Assembly (NCBI RefSeq): GCF_044324875.1
Contig: NZ_CP172187.1
Origin: Escherichia coli
Lineage (GTDB): Bacteria; Pseudomonadota; Gammaproteobacteria; Enterobacterales; Enterobacteriaceae
Strand: one strand, 5' to 3'
DNA: 64,000 nucleotides
Shown here: in pieces, positions 11,829 through 24,625 of the stretch
Position numbering within the stretch: position 1 is the stretch's first letter
Layout of the letters: every line of letters begins with the position of its first letter
Position numbers and translations under genes: made by a program
Notes under the pieces: generated by a model
Told to the model about the DNA's origin: nothing
The model's input: only the letters and a program-made list of their open reading frames with translations
Database searches by the model: none

Positions 11829-12395
11829 CGTCCGTTCGGGCATCGAGGTCCATGTCGGGGTGGGACGGGCCCGTGGCTTCAAGATCACTTGCAGTCCGAC
11901 CGCGATGTCTTGGTTGCGCGAGAGGTTGTCGACAATCACCAGCATGCGCACGCCGACCTTGCGCAGCAGTGCCAGAGCCAGTTGCTCCATTTCCGGCAAC
12001 CGTGGGCGTGGGCGCAGCGGCGCGCCCATCGCGGCGAGCAGCGCGACGTAGAAGCGGATCACGGACGGCTCGGACGGCATCTGCACGACCAACACCGGGA
12101 TGTGCTCCTGGTCGGCGTCGGAGCTGGCCGGGTGGGTGCGGCGGAACTTCTCGACGATCATCGACTTGCCATTGTTGGTCGGGCCAACCAGCAGCAGGTT
12201 GGGCATGCGTTGCTTGTTTGGCCACGCATAAAGGGCTTCCAGCCGGTTCAGCGCCTCGACTGCGCGCGGATAGCCGATCCAGCGGTCGGCGCGAAGGCGC
12301 TGGATGCGCTCGTCCGCCGGAAGACGGGCCAAGCCCTGGGCCGCCGGCAGCAGGTGGGACAGGTCGATGATGGGATATTCGTCCACGGCTACCAC
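11811..12395 (-). pseudogene. tniB: tniB-delta (truncated Tn402 NTP-binding transposition protein)
   Basis: Walker A motif LLLVGPTNNGKS; C-terminal part missing; directly abuts orf5 with no IS1326/IS1353 between. Confidence 0.75.
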
Positions 12396-14068
12396 TCCTC
12401 AATCTGGTCGAACGGTTTGGCGGGTGGCAAGTTGTCTGCCTGCGGGTCGGCAATATCCGTATCCGGCGGAACGGGCTTGTCCGGCCGAGCTGATGTCTTG
12501 AGGTGCTGGCGGCGATCCGCGTCACGCCGCGCCTTGCGTGTGGCCTTCTGCGCGCTGGTCACAATCTCACGCATCTGGCCGATCATGCGGAACAGCGCCG
12601 ACTCATCCACCTGTTCGCGCCCTTGCTGCCGCAGTTTCGCCAGCGCCTGCCGTTGTTCCCAGAGGGTGACAGCCGGATGCGACAAGGTACGGTAGGGAAT
12701 TTCCAGGTAATGCTGTCCCTCCGGTTCCAGGACCCAGATACGGCTGATGTCGCGCGGATCGCGCCGGATCAGAAAGGACGGCCAGCGTTCACGCCGCGCA
12801 ATCCACGGCTTGAGCGCATCGGCGTAGTAGTGGATGTGGTCGATGACAAAGCCGGTGCGGGTCAGCGTGCGCCGGAGGATCGGCAGAAAATCGACCAGGA
12901 ACGAAGTAGCGCGTGTGACGACGGCCGGTACGCCGACACGCGCCACGGCCTCGGCCCAGCGCGCGGCCGGCGGTTGGAGCAGGCCGTTGTGCACCGAACC
13001 GTGGTAGGTGCCGACCGCCAATGTGAGCCAGCGCTCTAGCTCGCGCAGCGTCAGGGCGGCCTTGTTTTCGGAATCGTAGTCGCCGCGCTGGTCAGGGTTG
13101 GAGAAGGTCGTTCCCGGCAGTTCGTCGTGAATCATCTGCATCGCCGTGCCGATGATCCGTTCCACGATGCCGCCATAGTGCGGCTGTCCCAGCGGGCGAT
13201 AGTCCAGCCGGATGCCATGCTGCTCGCAACCCCGGCGCAGGGCCTCGCTCTTGAACTCGGCCGCGTTGTCTAGGTAGAGCAGCAAGGGCTTGCCGCTCAT
13301 CTGCCAATCCATTTCCACGTTCAGTCCTTCCAGCCAAGGGCGCTTGTCGCAGGCGACATGCACGAGGCACAGGCCAACCGAAACGGCAGACGGCGCTTCC
13401 AGCGTGACGACCATGCCGAGCACGCAGCGGGTGAACACGTCGATGGCGAGGGTCAGGTACGGGCGGCCAATAGGTTGCCGGTCGCGGTCATCGACCACGA
13501 TCAGGTCGATGACCGTATGGTCTATCTGCACCTGCTCCAGCGGCGCGGTCACGGCAGGAGGCTCGCCGCCCACACCTTGTAGGTCACGAGCGGCATCCTG
13601 GCCTTCCCGCCGGCGGATGACCTTGCGCGGGTCAAGGCTAGCGATCCGTAAGGCCACGGTATTGCGCGCCGGCACTCGCAGTTTTTGAGCCTTGCACACC
13701 TGAGTGACTTCGCGGTGAAAGGCCGCTAGGCTGCGCTTCTGCTTGGTCAGGAACCGCTTTTGCAGTAGCTCGTGGATGACGCGCTCGACCGGTTCCGGCA
13801 AGCGCCCCTTACCTTTACCTCCACCGGACTGGCCGGGCACCAGATCCGTCACGAGGCCGCTGCCTTGCCGGGCACGCCGGATCAGAACGTATACCTGGCG
13901 CCGAGACAAGCCCAGCGCCTGAGCCGCCATATCGGCCGCTTCGTGCCCGACCGTCTCCGACTGCGCCAACGGACTGATGATCTCCGCACGACGGCGCGCA
14001 CGCTCCCAAGCCTCATCAGGCAGAGTGGCCACGCCTTGTTCTGGAATCCGTGGGGTGTCCGTCGCCAT
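12389..14068 (-). CDS. tniA: Tn402-family transposase TniA
   Basis: 559 aa from MATDTPRIPEQ...; DDE transposase; adjacent to IRt. Confidence 0.85.
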   Translation of the reverse strand: MATDTPRIPEQGVATLPDEAWERARRRAEIISPLAQSETVGHEAADMAAQALGLSRRQVYVLIRRARQGSGLVTDLVPGQSGGGKGKGRLPEPVERVIHELLQKRFLTKQKRSLAAFHREVTQVCKAQKLRVPARNTVALRIASLDPRKVIRRREGQDAARDLQGVGGEPPAVTAPLEQVQIDHTVIDLIVVDDRDRQPIGRPYLTLAIDVFTRCVLGMVVTLEAPSAVSVGLCLVHVACDKRPWLEGLNVEMDWQMSGKPLLLYLDNAAEFKSEALRRGCEQHGIRLDYRPLGQPHYGGIVERIIGTAMQMIHDELPGTTFSNPDQRGDYDSENKAALTLRELERWLTLAVGTYHGSVHNGLLQPPAARWAEAVARVGVPAVVTRATSFLVDFLPILRRTLTRTGFVIDHIHYYADALKPWIARRERWPSFLIRRDPRDISRIWVLEPEGQHYLEIPYRTLSHPAVTLWEQRQALAKLRQQGREQVDESALFRMIGQMREIVTSAQKATRKARRDADRRQHLKTSARPDKPVPPDTDIADPQADNLPPAKPFDQIEEW

Positions 14069-14142
14069 GCTCACCTCGCTTTGGTGCACACGAGTATTGA
14101 GCATAGTCGAGATTGGTGCAGATCACTTCTGATATTGAACTG

Positions 14143-14850
14143 TCAGGAGCTGGCTGCACAACAGCCATTACGCCCAATCAACTGGTGCAGTCGTCTTCTG
14201 AAAATGACATCCATGCCCAGCCCGTGCGCGAGCTGGATCACCGCCCGCACGATAGTTTGGTCACGGGCATCATCCGGGAGCCTGGCGACAAAGGATTGGT
14301 CGATTTTCAATGTGGTGATGGGGCAGCATTTCAGATGTTGCAGGCAGGAATAGCCGGTGCCGAAGTCGTCGGCGGCGAAGCGCACGCCGATGGCGCGCAA
14401 GGCGTCGAAACTGGCGAACAGGGCTGGATTGCCGAATGCGACCGATTCGGTCAGTTCGATCTCCAGAAGCTCGGCGGGCAGGGCCATATCGGCCAGCACC
14501 CGCTTTACCTCGTCGTCGAACGTTGGCCCAACCTGGCTGGCGGACACATTGATGGCAAGACGGAACGGTTGCCATGCCGGTCCTTGCCACTTGTGCATCT
14601 GGCGACAGGCCTCGCCCAGCACCCACGCGCCTATTTCCGGCATCAGGCCGAACGACTCGGCCAGCGGCAGGAACTGGCCGGGCGGCAACAGGCCAAGCCT
14701 CGGATGCCGCCAGCGCATCAACGCTTCCGCGCCAGCGATCCGGTGATCGCGCAGATCGACCAGCGGCTGGTAATGCAGGTCAAGCTGTCCGCGCGCCGCC
14801 GCCTGCGCCAACTCGGCCGCCGTCCATCCGGCGGGCTGCGAACTCGTCAT
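14143..14850 (-). pseudogene. urf2: Tn21 urf2 (EAL-domain protein), 5-prime part, reading through IRt
   Basis: [33 protein letters not shown]... EAL-domain N-part; continues at 7126 on the other side of the integron. Confidence 0.7.
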
Positions 14851-15083
14851 GATCCGCCCCGGAAGGCGCGCAGCAGCCGCGTTACGGCCAGAACGAACAA
14901 GCCGGTCAGCGCGAGCGCGGCAACACCCCAATGCTCGCCAAGGAAGGCACCGGCGGTCGTCCCGGCCAGCACGGCGGCGAGAATCGGCAGATGGCAGGGG
15001 CAGGTCAACACGGCCAGCGCACCCCACAGGTAGCCGGAAACGGGTTGGCGCGTCTCGGGCGGCAGTTTGTCAGGGGCGTTCAC
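14847..15083 (-). CDS. merE: Mercury resistance protein MerE (GTG start)
   Basis: 78 aa (M/V)[34 protein letters not shown]... Confidence 0.8.
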   Translation of the reverse strand: MNAPDKLPPETRQPVSGYLWGALAVLTCPCHLPILAAVLAGTTAGAFLGEHWGVAALALTGLFVLAVTRLLRAFRGGS

Positions 15084-15442
15084 GGCAATGCCTCCTCGTG
15101 CGCCCGCTCGGCTGGCATGGAGGCCAGTTGCGCGTCCAGATGGGCCAACGCCGCGCGCCGCCGCTCGACCAACTGGCGCAGCACGGCAAGCTGCGCTGCG
15201 GCTTGTGCGCCGTCCGCTGCGTCGAGCGCACGGCACAGCCGCGCCAGGGCATCCAGGCCGATACCCGCCTCGAAGGCCGCGCGCACGAAGCACAGCCGTT
15301 GCAAGGCCGCATCGTCGAACACGCCGTAGCCGCCCGTGGTGCAGGCCACCGGCCGTAACAAGCCGCGCACCAGGTAGTCGCGCACGATATGTACGCTCAC
15401 CCCAACGTTATGGGCCAGTTGCGATACCGTGTAGGCGCTCAT
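15080..15442 (-). CDS. merD: MerD co-regulator
   Basis: [29 protein letters not shown]... MerR-like HTH. Confidence 0.85.
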   Translation of the reverse strand: MSAYTVSQLAHNVGVSVHIVRDYLVRGLLRPVACTTGGYGVFDDAALQRLCFVRAAFEAGIGLDALARLCRALDAADGAQAAAQLAVLRQLVERRRAALAHLDAQLASMPAERAHEEALP

Positions 15443-15459
15443 CGCACACCTCCTTGTCC

Positions 15460-17205
<1,746 letters not shown>

Positions 17206-17628
17206 TCACAAGCGCTTGGCGGGGAGTTCGCAGCCGTCCGGTCCGCAACGGCGATGCGCCGGCGACACGAAGTCCCAGATCGACACCCCAATCATCAAGG
17301 CCAGGCCGACGTACATCAGGTTCGCCGTCCACCAGTTGCCGAGCAGCCAGACCGTGGCCGCAAACACGATGGCCGGGCCGATCATGCCGAGCAGACTGCG
17401 CAGCCATTGCCGATGACTGAACCAACCCAGCGCGTTCGCCAGGAAGGCCAGCGCGGCAAACAGCGGCAGCAGGCGGCTGATGAACAGTCCCTCGTACTGG
17501 CTCAAGAAGCCCAGCCCGATGGCCGCGCCGAAGCTGGCGAGGGCTGGAAAGCAGGCGGCGCAGCCCATCGCGGAAACGACGCTGCCGAGCGCGCCGGTTT
17601 TATCGGCAATGCGTGTCATCAGTCCCAT
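17206..17628 (-). CDS. merC: Mercury transporter MerC
   Basis: MGLMTRIADKTGALGSVVSAMGCAACFPALASFGAAIGLGFL... Confidence 0.85.
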   Translation of the reverse strand: MGLMTRIADKTGALGSVVSAMGCAACFPALASFGAAIGLGFLSQYEGLFISRLLPLFAALAFLANALGWFSHRQWLRSLLGMIGPAIVFAATVWLLGNWWTANLMYVGLALMIGVSIWDFVSPAHRRCGPDGCELPAKRL

Positions 17629-17663
17629 GAAGCGGCTCTCGCTGTTGTCGTTGGCTTGCTGGC

Positions 17664-17939
17664 TCACTGCTTGACGCTGGACGGATAGCCGGCGTCTGCG
17701 GTGGCCTTGGTCAGCTTCTGTACGCTGGCCTTGGTGTCGTCAAAAGTGACGACGGCCTCGCGCTTCTCGAAGCCCACATCGACCTTGCTCACGCCTTCGA
17801 CCTTGGAGAGCGCTTTCTTGACTGTGATCGGGCAGGCGGCGCAAGTCATGCCGGGAACCGCTAGCGTGACGGTCTGGGTAGCGGCCCACACCGGGGCAAC
17901 AGCGGCGGCGAGGGCAAGGGAGGCAAACAGTTTCTTCAT
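17664..17939 (-). CDS. merP: Periplasmic mercury-binding protein MerP
   Basis: 91 aa with signal peptide and GMTCAACP motif. Confidence 0.9.
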   Translation of the reverse strand: MKKLFASLALAAAVAPVWAATQTVTLAVPGMTCAACPITVKKALSKVEGVSKVDVGFEKREAVVTFDDTKASVQKLTKATADAGYPSSVKQ

Positions 17940-17952
17940 GATGAACTCCTGG

Positions 17953-18303
17953 TTAATAGAAAAATGGAACGACATAGGGAAATCCAAGCGCGACCAGGAC
18001 CAGCACGGCCACGATCCAGAAAATCAGCTTGTAGGTGGCGCGCACCTGCGGAATCGCGCAGACCTCACCTGGCTTGCATGCCTGCACGGGCCGGTAAATC
18101 CGCTTCCAGGCGAAGAACAGCGCCACTAGCGCCGCGCCGATGAACAACGGTCGATAGGGTTCCAGCACCGTCAGGTTGCCGATCCAAGCACCGGAGAAGC
18201 CCAGGGCGACCAGTACTAGCGGCCCCAGGCAGCAGGTCGATGCAAGAATGGCGGCCAGCCCGCCGGCGAAGAGCGCACCGCGCCCGTTTTGTGGTTCAGA
18301 CAT
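17953..18303 (-). CDS. merT: Mercury transporter MerT
   Basis: [36 protein letters not shown]... Confidence 0.9.
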
Positions 18304-18374
18304 ACGTTGGCCCTTTTGAATTTGGATTGGATAGCGTAACCTTACTTCCGTACTCATGTACGGAGTCAAGCGAT

Positions 18375-18809
18375 ATGGAAAATAATTTGGAAAACCTGAC
18401 CATTGGCGTTTTTGCCAAGGCGGCCGGGGTCAACGTGGAGACAATCCGCTTCTATCAGCGCAAGGGCCTGTTGCGGGAACCGGACAAGCCTTACGGCAGC
18501 ATCCGCCGCTATGGGGAGGCGGACGTGGTTCGGGTGAAATTCGTGAAATCGGCACAGCGGCTGGGGTTCAGTCTGGACGAGATTGCCGAGCTGTTGCGGC
18601 TCGACGATGGCACCCACTGCGAGGAGGCCAGCAGCCTGGCCGAACACAAGCTCAAGGACGTGCGCGAGAAGATGGCCGACTTGGCGCGCATGGAAACCGT
18701 GCTGTCTGAACTCGTGTGCGCCTGCCATGCACGAAAGGGGAATGTTTCCTGCCCGTTGATCGCGTCACTACAGGGCGAAGCAGGCCTGGCAAGGTCAGCT
18801 ATGCCTTAG
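18375..18809 (+). CDS. merR: Mercury-responsive regulator MerR (divergent from merTPCADE)
   Basis: 144 aa [33 protein letters not shown]... Confidence 0.9.
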
Positions 18810-18842
18810 CGTGCTTTATTTTCCGTTTTCTGAGGTGCCCCC
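18805..18842. repeat. Tn21 terminal inverted repeat (mer end)
   Basis: Reverse complement of GGGGGCACCTCAGAAAACGGAAAATAAAGCACGCTAAG. Confidence 0.8.
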
Positions 18843-19560
18843 TAATTGAGCATTTCCAGGCGCTTGCGCCTGGTCAACGAAAGAGTCAGCGCCGTAGGCG
18901 CTGCCATTTTTGGGGTGAGGCCGTTCGCGGCCGAGGGGCGCAGCCCCTGGGGGGATGGGAGGCCCGCGTTAGCGGGCCGGGAGGGTTCGAGAAGGGGGGG
19001 CACCCCCCTTCGGCGTGCGCGGTCACGCGCACAGGGCGCAGCCCTGGTTAAAAACAAGGTTTATAAATATTGGTTTAAAAGCAGGTTAAAAGACAGGTTA
19101 GCGGTGGCCGAAAAACGGGCGGAAACCCTTGCAAATGCTGGATTTTCTGCCTGTGGACAGCCCCTCAAATGTCAATAGGTGCGCCCCTCATCTGTCAGCA
19201 CTCTGCCCCTCAAGTGTCAAGGATCGCGCCCCTCATCTGTCAGTGAGGGCCAAGTTTTCCGCGAGGTATCCACAACGCCGGCGGCCGCGGTGTCTCGCAC
19301 ACGGCTTCGACGGCGTTTCTGGCGCGTTTGCAGGGCCATAGACGGCCGCCAGCCCAGCGGCGAGGGCAACCAGCCCGGTGAGCGTCGGAAAGGCGCTGGA
19401 AGCCCCGTAGCGACGCGGAGAGGGGCGAGACAAGCCAAGGGCGCAGGCTCGATGCGCAGCACGACATAGCCGGTTCTCGCAAGGACGAGAATTTCCCTGC
19501 GGTGCCCCTCAAGTGTCAATGAAAGTTTCCAACGCGAGCCATTCGCGAGAGCCTTGAGTC
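18843..19560. other. IncP-1alpha (RK2/RP4)-type oriV segment: GC-rich block, AT-rich block, DnaA box and 17-bp iterons
   Basis: Iterons CCCCTCAAATGTCAATA / CCCCTCATCTGTCAGCA / CCCCTCAAGTGTCAAGG / CCCCTCATCTGTCAGTG at 19160-19260 plus one near 19505; TGTGGACAG DnaA box at ~19150; no trfA in window. Confidence 0.7.
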
Positions 19561-19869
19561 CACGCTAGATCTATCTCATCTGCGCAAGGCAGAACGTGAA
19601 GACGGCCGCCCTGGACCTCGCCCGCGAGCGCCAGGCGCACGAGGCCGGCGCGCGGACCCGCGCCACGGCCCACGAGCGGACGCCGCAGCAGGAGCGCCAG
19701 AAGGCCGCCAGAGAGGCCGAGCGCGGCCGTGAGGCTTGGACGCTAGGGCAGGGCATGAAAAAGCCCGTAGCGGGCTGCTACGGGCGTCTGACGCGGTGGA
19801 AAGGGGGAGGGGATGTTGTCTACATGGCTCTGCTGTAGTGAGTGGGTTGCGCTCCGGCAGCGGTCCTGA

Positions 19870-20520
19870 TCAATCGTCACCCTTTCTCGGTCCTTCAACG
19901 TTCCTGACAACGAGCCTCCTTTTCGCCAATCCATCGACAATCACCGCGAGTCCCTGCTCGAACGCTGCGTCCGGACCGGCTTCGTCGAAGGCGTCTATCG
20001 CGGCCCGCAACAGCGGCGAGAGCGGAGCCTGTTCAACGGTGCCGCCGCGCTCGCCGGCATCGCTGTCGCCGGCCTGCTCCTCAAGCACGGCCCCAACAGT
20101 GAAGTAGCTGATTGTCATCAGCGCATTGACGGCGTCCCCGGCCGAAAAACCCGCCTCGCAGAGGAAGCGAAGCTGCGCGTCGGCCGTTTCCATCTGCGGT
20201 GCGCCCGGTCGCGTGCCGGCATGGATGCGCGCGCCATCGCGGTAGGCGAGCAGCGCCTGCCTGAAGCTGCGGGCATTCCCGATCAGAAATGAGCGCCAGT
20301 CGTCGTCGGCTCTCGGCACCGAATGCGTATGATTCTCCGCCAGCATGGCTTCGGCCAGTGCGTCGAGCAGCGCCCGCTTGTTCCTGAAGTGCCAGTAAAG
20401 CGCCGGCTGCTGAACCCCCAACCGTTCCGCCAGTTTGCGTGTCGTCAGACCGTCTACGCCGACCTCGTTCAACAGGTCCAGGGCGGCACGGATCACTGTA
20501 TTCGGCTGCAACTTTGTCAT
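19870..20520 (-). CDS. tetR: Tetracycline repressor TetR(A)
   Basis: MTKLQPNTVIRAALDLLNEVGVDGLTTRKLAERLGVQQPALYWHF...; divergent from tetA. Confidence 0.9.
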   Translation of the reverse strand: MTKLQPNTVIRAALDLLNEVGVDGLTTRKLAERLGVQQPALYWHFRNKRALLDALAEAMLAENHTHSVPRADDDWRSFLIGNARSFRQALLAYRDGARIHAGTRPGAPQMETADAQLRFLCEAGFSAGDAVNALMTISYFTVGAVLEEQAGDSDAGERGGTVEQAPLSPLLRAAIDAFDEAGPDAAFEQGLAVIVDGLAKRRLVVRNVEGPRKGDD

Positions 20521-20625
20521 GCTTGACACTTTATCACTGATAAACATAATATGTCCACCAACTTATCAGTGATAAAGAATCCGCGCGTTCAATCGGACCA
20601 GCGGAGGCTGGTCCGGAGGCCAGAC

Positions 20626-21825
20626 GTGAAACCCAACAGACCCCTGATCGTAATTCTGAGCACTGTCGCGCTCGACGCTGTCGGCATCGGCCTGATTATG
20701 CCGGTGCTGCCGGGCCTCCTGCGCGATCTGGTTCACTCGAACGACGTCACCGCCCACTATGGCATTCTGCTGGCGCTGTATGCGTTGATGCAATTTGCCT
20801 GCGCACCTGTGCTGGGCGCGCTGTCGGATCGTTTCGGGCGGCGGCCGGTCTTGCTCGTCTCGCTGGCCGGCGCTGCTGTCGACTACGCCATCATGGCGAC
20901 GGCGCCTTTCCTTTGGGTTCTCTATATCGGGCGGATCGTGGCCGGCATCACCGGGGCGACTGGGGCGGTAGCCGGCGCTTATATTGCCGATATCACTGAT
21001 GGCGATGAGCGCGCGCGGCACTTCGGCTTCATGAGCGCCTGTTTCGGGTTCGGGATGGTCGCGGGACCTGTGCTCGGTGGGCTGATGGGCGGTTTCTCCC
21101 CCCACGCTCCGTTCTTCGCCGCGGCAGCCTTGAACGGCCTCAATTTCCTGACGGGCTGTTTCCTTTTGCCGGAGTCGCACAAAGGCGAACGCCGGCCGTT
21201 ACGCCGGGAGGCTCTCAACCCGCTCGCTTCGTTCCGGTGGGCCCGGGGCATGACCGTCGTCGCCGCCCTGATGGCGGTCTTCTTCATCATGCAACTTGTC
21301 GGACAGGTGCCGGCCGCGCTTTGGGTCATTTTCGGCGAGGATCGCTTTCACTGGGACGCGACCACGATCGGCATTTCGCTTGCCGCATTTGGCATTCTGC
21401 ATTCACTCGCCCAGGCAATGATCACCGGCCCTGTAGCCGCCCGGCTCGGCGAAAGGCGGGCACTCATGCTCGGAATGATTGCCGACGGCACAGGCTACAT
21501 CCTGCTTGCCTTCGCGACACGGGGATGGATGGCGTTCCCGATCATGGTCCTGCTTGCTTCGGGTGGCATCGGAATGCCGGCGCTGCAAGCAATGTTGTCC
21601 AGGCAGGTGGATGAGGAACGTCAGGGGCAGCTGCAAGGCTCACTGGCGGCGCTCACCAGCCTGACCTCGATCGTCGGACCCCTCCTCTTCACGGCGATCT
21701 ATGCGGCTTCTATAACAACGTGGAACGGGTGGGCATGGATTGCAGGCGCTGCCCTCTACTTGCTCTGCCTGCCGGCGCTGCGTCGCGGGCTTTGGAGCGG
21801 CGCAGGGCAACGAGCCGATCGCTGA
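20626..21825 (+). CDS. tetA: Tetracycline efflux MFS transporter TetA(A) (GTG start)
   Basis: 399 aa, (M/V)KPNRPLIVILSTVALDAVGIGLIMPVLPGLLRDL... Confidence 0.9.
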   Translation: MKPNRPLIVILSTVALDAVGIGLIMPVLPGLLRDLVHSNDVTAHYGILLALYALMQFACAPVLGALSDRFGRRPVLLVSLAGAAVDYAIMATAPFLWVLYIGRIVAGITGATGAVAGAYIADITDGDERARHFGFMSACFGFGMVAGPVLGGLMGGFSPHAPFFAAAALNGLNFLTGCFLLPESHKGERRPLRREALNPLASFRWARGMTVVAALMAVFFIMQLVGQVPAALWVIFGEDRFHWDATTIGISLAAFGILHSLAQAMITGPVAARLGERRALMLGMIADGTGYILLAFATRGWMAFPIMVLLASGGIGMPALQAMLSRQVDEERQGQLQGSLAALTSLTSIVGPLLFTAIYAASITTWNGWAWIAGAALYLLCLPALRRGLWSGAGQRADR

Positions 21826-21856
21826 TCGTGGAAACGATAGGCCTATGCCATGCGGG

Positions 21857-22639
21857 TCAAGGCGACTTCCGGCAAGCTATACGCGCCCTAGGAGTGCGGT
21901 TGGAACGTTGGCCCAGCCAGATACTCCCGATCACGAGCAGGACGCCGATGATTTGAAGCGCACTCAGCGTCTGATCCAAGAACAACCATCCTAGCAACAC
22001 GGCGGTCCCCGGGCTGAGAAAGCCCAGTAAGGAAACAACTGTAGGTTCGAGTCGCGAGATCCCCCGGAACCAAAGGAAGTAGGTTAAACCCGCTCCGATC
22101 AGGCCGAGCCACGCCAGGCCGAGAACATTGGTTCCTGTAGGCATCGGGATTGGCGGATCAAACACTAAAGCTACTGGAACGAGCAGAAGTCCTCCGGCCG
22201 CCAGTTGCCAGGCGGTAAAGGTGAGCAGAGGCACGGGAGGTTGCCACTTGCGGGTCAGCACGGTTCCGAACGCCATGGAAACCGCCCCCGCCAGGCCCGC
22301 TGCGACGCCGACAGGATCTAGCGCTGCGTTTGGTGTCAACACCAACAGCGCCACGCCCGCAGTTCCGCAAATAGCCCCCAGGACCGCCATCAATCGTATC
22401 GGGCTACCTAGCAGAGCGGCAGAGATGAACACGACCATCAGCGGCTGCACAGCGCCTACCGTCGCCGCGACCCCGCCCGGCAGGCGGTAGACCGAAATAA
22501 ACAACAAGCTCCAGAATAGCGAAATATTAAGTGCGCCGAGGATGAAGATGCGCATCCACCAGATTCCCGTTGGAATCTGTCGGACGATCATCACGAGCAA
22601 TAAACCCGCCGGCAACGCCCGCAGCATCGCGACCGTCAT
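21857..22639 (-). CDS. pecM: EamA-family (PecM-like) transporter of the Tn1721 tet module
   Basis: 260 aa polytopic membrane protein; position after tetA as in Tn1721; start lies 76 bp from the Tn2/Tn3 IR. Confidence 0.7.
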   Translation of the reverse strand: MTVAMLRALPAGLLLVMIVRQIPTGIWWMRIFILGALNISLFWSLLFISVYRLPGGVAATVGAVQPLMVVFISAALLGSPIRLMAVLGAICGTAGVALLVLTPNAALDPVGVAAGLAGAVSMAFGTVLTRKWQPPVPLLTFTAWQLAAGGLLLVPVALVFDPPIPMPTGTNVLGLAWLGLIGAGLTYFLWFRGISRLEPTVVSLLGFLSPGTAVLLGWLFLDQTLSALQIIGVLLVIGSIWLGQRSNRTPRARIACRKSP

Positions 22640-22861
22640 CGGTGAGAAGTTCGGCAGGTATTGGGTGGTGACAATGTAGGTGCTGCCCCAAATGGCAGGT
22701 GCTATCGCTGTGAAGGGGTCTGACGCTCAGTGGAACGAAAACTCACGTTAAGGGATTTTGGTCATGAGATTATCAAAAAGGATCTTCACCTAGATCCTTT
22801 TAAATTAAAAATGAAGTTTTAAATCAATCTAAAGTATATATGAGTAAACTTGGTCTGACAG

Positions 22862-23734
<873 letters not shown>

Positions 23735-23904
23735 TCAATATTATTGAAGCATTTATCAGGGTTATTGTCTCATGAGCGGATACATATTTGAATGTATTTA
23801 GAAAAATAAACAAATAGGGGTTCCGCGCACATTTCCCCGAAAAGTGCCACCTGACGTCTAAGAAACCATTATTATCATGACATTAACCTATAAAAATAGG
23901 CGTA

Positions 23905-24625
<721 letters not shown>

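Larger units (their letters stand above)
7127..14209. mobile_element. Class 1 integron (In2-like, Tn402-type backbone) inserted in Tn21 urf2M
   Basis: 25-bp IRi TGTCGTTTTCAGAAGACGGCTGCAC at 7127-7151 and IRt (GTGCAGTCGTCTTCTGAAAATGACA) at 14185-14209; intI1, cassettes, 3-prime CS, tniB-delta, tniA. Confidence 0.85.
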
